Shown: positions 57,140 to 64,000 of the stretch, one piece after another
How the letters are laid out: the number at the start of each line of letters is the position of its first letter
Numbering within the stretch: position 1 is the first letter of the stretch
Assembly: GCA_963677595.1 (NCBI GenBank)
Contig: OY782041.1
Coordinates: forward strand, 1,920,001 to 1,984,000
DNA from: Spirochaetia bacterium
Lineage (GTDB): Bacteria > Spirochaetota > Spirochaetia > CAKZLE01
DNA: 64,000 nucleotides
Direction of reading: 5' to 3'
Notes under the pieces: model-generated
Databases searched by the model: none
Told to the model about the DNA's origin: nothing
What the model saw: only the letters and a program-made list of their open reading frames with translations
Translations under genes and position numbers: made by a program

Positions 57140-59886
57140 ATCTGGGTAGATTGCAGCTCTTTGATTCACAGTCACTGATCACTGCCCGCAGCCGGATCCA
57201 TTCAGCGGCAAAGAGACTGGGCTGTCGGGAGATCTTCTGTATCAGGCTGGAGACCCTCTATTCTGAACTGTTCAGGAAGTGCCTCCTGTTTGGAGATGAT
57301 CTGGAACTCAACTTCTCCCTGGCTGTATGCCAGGGTAGGCAGGTCGCGGAGATCGTGATCACCGGGTTCAGCGCCCCGCCTGATCTCGCATCCCTGCCAA
57401 AGCACCGTCTGGCACACGTAACTGCAGAGACGCTGGCTGAAGGTAGTGCCATTCGATGCTCGACACCCCTTGATGAGGAGGTCAGCGGATGGGACGGCAA
57501 CTCTTCCGATGAGAGACTGCAGGCTGTTCGCGACATCCTTGCGGAGAAGAGCAGGAACGAACTGCTGAAGGATATACTCCATAAGAACGAGGAACTCGAG
57601 CACAGCAGGACGCTGATCCATTCCGTCCTGGAGAATATCGACTCCATCGTCTATGCCAAGGACCTGGAAGGCCGGTATACCCTGGTGAACCATGACTGGG
57701 AAGCTGCCAGGGGCTTCTCGCAGGCCCAGGTGATCGGACGTCGCGATATCGACATCTTCAGGGATGGGGAGAGTGAGTCGAGCAAGAGGCTGCGAAATGA
57801 CAACCATACCCAGGATCTGCAGGTCATGGTTGATGCTGTGATGTTCAAGGCTGAAGAGGTGATCGTGACACCGGAAGGTGCTGCCAAGCAGCTGCTTACT
57901 GTCAAGATCCCGCTTATCCGGCAGGATGAGGTCTACGGGATCAGCAGCATATCGATCGATATAACCGAACAGAAGGAGCTCTATGCCGAGTTAGAGGAGG
58001 CCCGGAAGATCGCCGAGGATGCTGCTGAGACGAAGTCAGCCTTCCTGGCTAACATGAGCCATGAGATCCGAACCCCGATGAACGCCATTATCGGTATGGC
58101 CCACCTGGTAGGGGAGACAGAGCTGAATGATAGGCAGCAGGGGTATGTGGAGAATATCCAGAAGTCGGGGGAACTGCTCCTTGGGATCATCAACGACATC
58201 CTCGACTACTCCAAGATCGAGGCTGGTAAGCTCGATATCGAAGAGACGGTGTTCAGCCTGTCTGAGGTCCTTCGCACCCTCAGGACCATCATAGACCTGA
58301 AATGCGAGACGAAGGGCTTAAGGCTCGCCTTCGAGATCGGGAAGCAGATACCGGTCTATCTCATCGGGGACCCGCTGCGTATCGGGCAGATCCTGATCAA
58401 CTACGCGAACAATGCGGTGAAGTTCACGCAAGAGGGTGGGGTGACCGTGCGGATATCCCTTGTGGGGAGACAGGATACCATCTATACGCTGCGTTTCGAG
58501 GTAGTCGACACCGGTATCGGTCTCACGGAGGAGCAGATGGGGAAACTCTTCTCCTCCTTCTCCCAGGCCGATGTCTCCATCACCCGACAGTACGGCGGTT
58601 CCGGACTCGGGCTCTCCATCTCGAAGAATCTCGCGCAGATGATGCACGGGACCGTTGGAGTCTCTTCCGTCTATGGGGAAGGCAGTACGTTCTGGTTCAC
58701 GGTTCCGCTGCATATCGATGAGGGGCACTATGGGGAAGGAGAGCAGCCTGAAGACCTTGATGAGACGTTCCAGAGGGAACTCGACCATCCTACCATAGGC
58801 AGGGGCAATCAGGAGAACGGTCCTGTTCCCGTGTTCAGGGAAGCCTCCGTCCTGCTCGTTGAGGATAACGAACTGAACATCCAGGTGGCAGAGGGGATGC
58901 TGGAGAAGTGGGGCATCAAGCCTGCTGTCGCGAGGAATGGCGAGATAGCCCTCAGCAAGGTGAAAGATACTCGCTATGACCTTATCTTCATGGATATGCA
59001 GATGCCGGTGATGGACGGGATCACGGCCAGTCACGAGATCCGGAAGGTCTTCACGATCGATGAACTCCCTATCATCGCCATGACAGCGAATGCCATGGCC
59101 GAGGACATCGAGAAGTGTGCACAAGCCGGGATGAACGGCCATATCGCGAAACCGATCGAGCCGGACAAGCTCCTTGGTACCCTGCAGCAATACCTGAAAT
59201 CGTACGAGACCGTAGAAGAACGTCCTGACGATATAGCAGGACAGAAGGACATGGAGAAACTCTTCATACCCGGCCTGAGGGCCGAAGCCGCTGTGGATCG
59301 GCTCGGTGGGAGTTGGGCTACCTATCGGGACCTGCTCGAGCTCTTCCTCTCTGAGAATAAGGATACAGAAGCGCAGCTCACCGGATTGCTTGAGTCCGGG
59401 CAGTTCCAGGAGGCCCAGCTGCTTGCCCATACCGTCAAGGGGACTGCCGGGGCGATCGGTGCAGTCCAGACTGCGGATCGTGCCAAAGATGTAGAGACTG
59501 CCCTGAAGAACCAGGAAGATCCTGGTCGCATTGCAGATCTTGTCTCAGCCCTGGCAGGGGAGCTGAACCCGCTGCTTGGACTGCTTCGATCCGAGTTCGC
59601 TGCGGGGGTTGACGTCACTGGTCAGTCAACATCTGGAGTAGGGGCTGTGCTGACACAAGAGAGCCTGGGCCTGCTTTATGACCTTGGTGATGTACTGAAG
59701 AAGCACAACCCGAAACGGTCGAAAGAGGCAGTGAACCGCTGTCTGGAACAAGCCTGGCCTAATGAGATCGCAGAAGGACTGTCGGAACTGGAGAAGATGG
59801 TAAAGGGCTTTCGCTACAAGGATGCCATAGTATTGATAGAGAGACTGATCAGCTCTGCTGAAGAGAACCGAAGGAGTGATACATGA
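57136..59886 (+). CDS. Hybrid histidine kinase (degenerate RsbT-like N-domain, PAS, HisKA, HATPase, REC, Hpt)
   Basis: 'NMSHEIRTPMN', 'NNAVKFT', 'GGSGLGL', 'FMDMQMP', 'AHTVKGTAG'. Confidence 0.92.
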   Translation: MNLGRLQLFDSQSLITARSRIHSAAKRLGCREIFCIRLETLYSELFRKCLLFGDDLELNFSLAVCQGRQVAEIVITGFSAPPDLASLPKHRLAHVTAETLAEGSAIRCSTPLDEEVSGWDGNSSDERLQAVRDILAEKSRNELLKDILHKNEELEHSRTLIHSVLENIDSIVYAKDLEGRYTLVNHDWEAARGFSQAQVIGRRDIDIFRDGESESSKRLRNDNHTQDLQVMVDAVMFKAEEVIVTPEGAAKQLLTVKIPLIRQDEVYGISSISIDITEQKELYAELEEARKIAEDAAETKSAFLANMSHEIRTPMNAIIGMAHLVGETELNDRQQGYVENIQKSGELLLGIINDILDYSKIEAGKLDIEETVFSLSEVLRTLRTIIDLKCETKGLRLAFEIGKQIPVYLIGDPLRIGQILINYANNAVKFTQEGGVTVRISLVGRQDTIYTLRFEVVDTGIGLTEEQMGKLFSSFSQADVSITRQYGGSGLGLSISKNLAQMMHGTVGVSSVYGEGSTFWFTVPLHIDEGHYGEGEQPEDLDETFQRELDHPTIGRGNQENGPVPVFREASVLLVEDNELNIQVAEGMLEKWGIKPAVARNGEIALSKVKDTRYDLIFMDMQMPVMDGITASHEIRKVFTIDELPIIAMTANAMAEDIEKCAQAGMNGHIAKPIEPDKLLGTLQQYLKSYETVEERPDDIAGQKDMEKLFIPGLRAEAAVDRLGGSWATYRDLLELFLSENKDTEAQLTGLLESGQFQEAQLLAHTVKGTAGAIGAVQTADRAKDVETALKNQEDPGRIADLVSALAGELNPLLGLLRSEFAAGVDVTGQSTSGVGAVLTQESLGLLYDLGDVLKKHNPKRSKEAVNRCLEQAWPNEIAEGLSELEKMVKGFRYKDAIVLIERLISSAEENRRSDT

Positions 59887-60995
59887 AGAAGATTTCAGAC
59901 TGCCTGGTATTGATCGTGGATGACACGGAACTGAATGTGAGGATCCTGGTAGAGGCCCTCGGTGATGATTATGAGCTCGCAGTCGCCATGGACGGGGACA
60001 TGGCCCTGGAGTTGCTGGAGGAGACGATCCCCGATATCGTCCTGCTCGATATCATGATGCCGAACATCAGCGGCCTCGAGGTCTGCGAGAAGATGAAGCA
60101 GAACCCTGCCACACAGGATATTCCTGTCATCTTCCTCTCGGCCATGACCGATATCGACAGCAAGTCGAAGGGGTTCGAGCTTGGCGCGGTCGATTTCGTC
60201 GAGAAGCCGTTCGACATCAGGGAGGTCAAGGTAAGGGTGAAGACCCATCTCTCACTTGCGATCGCGAAGGCAGAACTTGCCCAGCAGAACGAGATCCTCA
60301 ACCAGAAGGTGGCCGAACGGACAAAGGAGATCAAGCTCATCCAGGATGTGACGCTTGAGACCCTTGCCGGTCTCGCGGAGTCCAGGGATCCCGATACCGG
60401 GCGGCACATCGCCCGTACCAGTACCTACGTGAAGATGCTGGCTGAAAAGCTGATGGACCACCCGATGTATGAAGGTGTCCTCACCCCTGAGAAGGTGTAC
60501 AGTTTTTATGAGTCTGCACCCCTCCACGATATCGGGAAGGTGGGGATCCCGGATGCGATCCTACTCAAGCCCGGCAGGCTCACGGATGAGGAACGGGAGG
60601 AGATGAAGAACCATACCTACATCGGCTACAAGACCCTCAAGAGGCATATCAACAAACTCGGTGCCTACTCGTTCTTCACGAATGCGATGGATTTTGCCCT
60701 CTACCACCATGAGAAATGGGACGGCAGCGGGTATCCCCAGGGACTGAAAGGGGAGGATATTCCACTGGCCGGCAGACTCATGGCCTTGGCTGATGTCTAT
60801 GATGCCCTGGTGAGCAAGCGGGTCTACAAGCCGTCGTTCCCCCACTCGAAGGCGGTACGGATCATCGAGGAGGATAGCGGTACACACTTCGATCCTGAAC
60901 TGGTCGAGGTCTTCAAGTCGATCCACGAGGAGATCCGTGCTTTCGCGATCGAGAATGCAGATTTCGATGAGGAGCGGGAGTCCCTTCGATTGTAA
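59883..60995 (+). CDS. Response regulator with HD-GYP phosphodiesterase domain (RpfG-like)
   Basis: 'IVDD', 'LLDIMMP', 'LHDIGKVGIPD', 'HHEKWDGSGYP'. Confidence 0.93.
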   Translation: MKKISDCLVLIVDDTELNVRILVEALGDDYELAVAMDGDMALELLEETIPDIVLLDIMMPNISGLEVCEKMKQNPATQDIPVIFLSAMTDIDSKSKGFELGAVDFVEKPFDIREVKVRVKTHLSLAIAKAELAQQNEILNQKVAERTKEIKLIQDVTLETLAGLAESRDPDTGRHIARTSTYVKMLAEKLMDHPMYEGVLTPEKVYSFYESAPLHDIGKVGIPDAILLKPGRLTDEEREEMKNHTYIGYKTLKRHINKLGAYSFFTNAMDFALYHHEKWDGSGYPQGLKGEDIPLAGRLMALADVYDALVSKRVYKPSFPHSKAVRIIEEDSGTHFDPELVEVFKSIHEEIRAFAIENADFDEERESLRL

Positions 60996-61071
60996 GACTT
61001 GGAAGAGATCCTGGTAACCCGGAAAGTACCCTGATCCCAGCGCAGGATGATCAGCATAGATGAATTGCTAC

Positions 61072-61443
61072 CTACGGGACCTGCTTCATATCCTGAAGGA
61101 GGACTTCCGCAGGTATATGAAGCTCCACATGCAGATTCCTCATCATTGAAAGACTGAGAGGCTGCTTCCTTTTCAGCACTTCAGAGACTTTGCTCTGGCT
61201 GCCTATGATAGGGATGAGGTCTCTCCTTGTCATCCCGCGCTGGTCCATAGCGAACAGGATCGCATCTATGGGATCGGGGAGAGCAATCGGATACTGCATA
61301 TCCTCATAGGTTGTGACCAGTGAGGTGAATGATTCGATCTCGTCATTGATCTCATCTGTTTCAGGTAGTTCCATGAGGGATTCAATGTATTCGAGTGCTG
61401 CCTCATAGTCCTGAGCAGTCTTGAGTAGTTTTGGTTTCATCAC
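61072..61443 (-). CDS. higA: HigA-family HTH antitoxin (orphan)
   Basis: 'PK.LKT..DYE.AL', 'YE...YPI..PDPI.AI.F.M.Q.G', 'GSQSKVSEVL.RK..LSL.M.R.LH..L.IP'. Confidence 0.85.
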   Translation of the reverse strand: MMKPKLLKTAQDYEAALEYIESLMELPETDEINDEIESFTSLVTTYEDMQYPIALPDPIDAILFAMDQRGMTRRDLIPIIGSQSKVSEVLKRKQPLSLSMMRNLHVELHIPAEVLLQDMKQVP

Positions 61444-61540
61444 ATCCGCAACCCCCTTCCCGTATCATACCATACGAGGAAGCCACAAGCAAATCGAAGC
61501 CTGTGTGCGTCTTATGGATATGCGGGTTTATTTGTTCTAG

Positions 61541-61711
61541 TATGACCAAAAGTAGTAATTAAGTCATAGCAAGCATATCTTGATTTTTTACCCATACTAT
61601 ACGGAGAGAAACTGCTGTACGCTGTTATTCCAGAACCAGAGCTTGCCATTGGGGTATGGGTATAGTCATCACTGCAGTATTATGACTAAAAGTTATAAGA
61701 TAGTCATAGCA
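61541..61711. repeat. Two copies of an imperfect palindrome TATGAC-N16-GTCATAGCA, 140 bp apart
   Basis: 61541 TATGACCAAAAGTAGTAATTAAGTCATAGCA; 61681 TATGACTAAAAGTTATAAGATAGTCATAGCA. Confidence 0.75.
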
Positions 61712-61766
61712 GTTGATTCGGTAGGAACCGGTGTGGAAGCCTGTTGCATCAGGTGTCTGATGAGGG

Positions 61767-62333
61767 TTAGGGTCTTGAGAAGAGATTCTGGATCAGTGCA
61801 GCAGGGATGAGGAAGATGATGCCCAGCGACTGGATGAGGTCGCTGCCGATCCTCCTGCCTGCAGCCCCCTTCCCCTTGAGGCGGTTCATCAGTGCGATGA
61901 AGGCGATCCCGTTGATGTTCCCGAACATGATGACCCGGATCGCGGCAAGGATCGCGGCGGCTGTCCCTTCCCCATAGCGGGAGAGGACTCGATCCCATAC
62001 CTCGGCCTCATAGTTCCCGAAGGTGTCAGCATAGTGCTGGGCGAAGAGGAGGGCGACTGCTTCCTCTTCTGCTGCAGCTCCTTCCTCGAGGTTCACCATG
62101 GAGGTGATCTCCTCTTCTGACATGCCGCTCTCAAGGGCATGTTTGGCATGATAGTAGTTGCAGACGGCACAACCGTTGACCTCAGTGACCACCAGCATGA
62201 TACGGGTGATGAACTCCTTGGAGATCAGTCCCGACTTCTCTGCCTTCCTCATGACCGGCATGCTCCTCATGGCCAGACGGATGACATGGTAGAACTGCGG
62301 TACGGTGAATATCCTGGCTTTCATCTGTCTCAT
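61767..62333 (-). CDS. AhpD/carboxymuconolactone decarboxylase family protein
   Basis: 'IMLVVTEVNGCAVCNYYH..AL..G' CxxC motif. Confidence 0.85.
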   Translation of the reverse strand: MRQMKARIFTVPQFYHVIRLAMRSMPVMRKAEKSGLISKEFITRIMLVVTEVNGCAVCNYYHAKHALESGMSEEEITSMVNLEEGAAAEEEAVALLFAQHYADTFGNYEAEVWDRVLSRYGEGTAAAILAAIRVIMFGNINGIAFIALMNRLKGKGAAGRRIGSDLIQSLGIIFLIPAALIQNLFSRP

Positions 62334-62426
62334 GCGGTGTGCCTCCTTGGGAATAGATACTACTATTCTGCAGATAAATCAAGGAGAGTAGCCGAATCCA
62401 CGATTTATCGGTATACTCAACAGCAT

Positions 62427-63677
62427 ATGACAAGAATGAATGATTCACAACAGACCTACCTCGGGCTGCTCTGGCACGCGGTCTTCCTCTCGATCACGGT
62501 GACGTTCACCGAGGTCAATACCGTGCTGCCTGCACTGGTACTCGATCTCGGTGGGAACTCCTTCCATGTGGGGCTTATATCGGCGATCATGATCGGGATT
62601 CCCCTGATCAGCAAGCTCTTCTTTACCAGCTTTCTCTCGCAGCAGCGACGCAAGCAGCCGTGGCTGCTCGTCGGGATCTACCTGCGGGTCCTCTCCCTCG
62701 TCATGATCGGGATCACCCTGAGCTACCAGACCCGGTTCTCGTTCTTCTTGGTCATGCTGCTCGTCTATGGGGCTCTGCTGCTCTTCTCCCTCAGCGGTGC
62801 CTTCGCCGGCCTGCCGTACATCCATATCGTGGGGGGATCCCTCGAACCGGGGGTGAGGAAACGGTTCTTCCCGCAGAAGCAGATCATAGCAAGCGTCGGG
62901 ACGTTGGTGTCGGTCTTCGCGGCCCAGTACATCCTGAGGCGCTTTCCGCATCCCCAGAGCTATGTCTACCTCTTCTTCGCTGCCGGCAGTTTCCTGCTCA
63001 TCGCATCTGCCGGGTTCTGGGCCTTGAAGGAGGTGCCCCGGGAACCGGAGGGTTCCAAGGGGTACCTTGAGACCCTGAAGGCCATCCCCTCGATCCTGCG
63101 CTCTGACCGGTCGTTCTTCAGCTATATCCTCTTCTCGAACGTGATGAGTATCTCCCTTGCGCTGATCCCCTTCTTCATCGGGTTCGCCCGGAACCGGTTC
63201 TCGATCAGTGAGGAGCAGTTCAGCTTCATCCTGCTCGTCCAGATCTCCGGTATGATCGTCTCGAGCCTCATCTGGCCCAAGGTCGTGGCTTCCGGGGGCT
63301 TCAAGAGGATCCTCATCATCAGGATCATCCTGAACATGCTCATCCCCTGTGCAGCGATCCTGGTCGGGTCCTTCGGGACCTTCCCGATCTACCTGGTTGT
63401 GGTATTCCTCATCGGGTTCTCCCTGAGCGGGAGGACCGTCAGTGAGGATGCGGTGCTCATCGAACTCTCCGATGATGCCAACCGGGTGCTCTACTCGGGG
63501 ATCCTGGGAACGCTGAACATAAGCATCATCATATTCCCGATCATATTAGGATCCCTCATAGAGCTGACCGGTACCCTGCCGGTCTTCATCTCTGTCGGTA
63601 TGGTCTCGGCGGCAGGGTTCTTCTTCCTCAGGAGGATGACCTGCCCGGTCGATGTGCATGACAGCAAGGCAGGATGA
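62427..63677 (+). CDS. MFS transporter
   Basis: About 12 hydrophobic segments, 'TVLPA', 'ILRSDR.F'; start moved to ATG 62427 because the upstream part overlaps ahpD. Confidence 0.8.
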   Translation: MTRMNDSQQTYLGLLWHAVFLSITVTFTEVNTVLPALVLDLGGNSFHVGLISAIMIGIPLISKLFFTSFLSQQRRKQPWLLVGIYLRVLSLVMIGITLSYQTRFSFFLVMLLVYGALLLFSLSGAFAGLPYIHIVGGSLEPGVRKRFFPQKQIIASVGTLVSVFAAQYILRRFPHPQSYVYLFFAAGSFLLIASAGFWALKEVPREPEGSKGYLETLKAIPSILRSDRSFFSYILFSNVMSISLALIPFFIGFARNRFSISEEQFSFILLVQISGMIVSSLIWPKVVASGGFKRILIIRIILNMLIPCAAILVGSFGTFPIYLVVVFLIGFSLSGRTVSEDAVLIELSDDANRVLYSGILGTLNISIIIFPIILGSLIELTGTLPVFISVGMVSAAGFFFLRRMTCPVDVHDSKAG

Positions 63678-63688
63678 TTCCCGATGAG

Positions 63689-64000
63689 TTAGGCTTCAGA
63701 CGATCCCGTGTTCCCGAGGATATAATCTATCACCTGCCTGGCTGAATACTCCCCGGACCTGCTGATCAGGTTCCGGACACTGTCCAGCTTGGAGCCGATG
63801 GTGATGAGCGCCTTCTCGACAGTGCCGTCTTCATAGACTGTCGGCAGCCCGATTGCTGCGAAGAGGGAGTTGCAGAGGCACTTCTTGCCCTTGATCGCCT
63901 CAGCCGTGAGCCCTCCCTTCGAAGAGAATGCTTCTGCAGGCTCTGCCGGGCATCGGTACCCGATACTCCCGTCCTCCCGCTTGTACAGGGTCCGGAGGTA
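63689..64000 (-). CDS. Nitronate monooxygenase-family protein, C-terminal part (5' end outside window)
   Basis: Minus frame reads YLRTLYKREDGSIGYRCPAEP...KGG...KKCLCNSL...YSARQVIDYILGNTGSSEA*. Confidence 0.7.
   Translation of the reverse strand, partial: YLRTLYKREDGSIGYRCPAEPAEAFSSKGGLTAEAIKGKKCLCNSLFAAIGLPTVYEDGTVEKALITIGSKLDSVRNLISRSGEYSARQVIDYILGNTGSSEA

Noticed and set aside
61444-61766. higB toxin gene or remnant
   Set aside because: The minus-strand translations I checked give only short ORFs without HigB motifs.

Overview
Gene-dense bacterial chromosomal window, probably from a free-living anaerobic spirochaete (inferred from the 'VFAGGQSE' solute-binding-protein N-terminus and a spirochaete-style lipobox). 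In order it holds: an AT-richer TRAP/URO-D-like/IolO-like sugar-acid island ending in a truncated racemase gene; standalone genes (DUF898, long RluA, DUF2461, a lipoprotein, an AAA_14/DUF4143 ATPase with a perfect 20-bp inverted repeat at its promoter, TauE); a NarL regulator/hybrid kinase/HD-GYP module with a candidate GGA-loop structured RNA beside it; rbsK/LacI/HI0933; an ABC-sugar plus AptAB/AplK-like (apiose-type) catabolic cluster without the usual isomerase; a tightly coupled ppk1-CHAD-ParA-CYTH-NUDIX-pfk polyphosphate operon; typA; an unannotated 48-aa ORF, an ArsR regulator and a TPL/tryptophanase-family lyase; a full Mrp-Mbx/MBS-like respiratory complex with subunit fusions and altered active-site cysteines; a stressosome (RsbRSTX) linked to a hybrid kinase and HD-GYP; an orphan HigA; AhpD; an MFS transporter; and a partial nitronate monooxygenase. 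I saw no rRNA, tRNA, CRISPR array or transposase. The best candidates for undescribed biology are the ParA-containing polyP operon (possible granule positioning), the divergent MBS-like complex, the palindrome-controlled AAA/nuclease gene and the candidate Csr-type sRNA. All family assignments come from motif recognition by eye and recalled sequences, not database searches.
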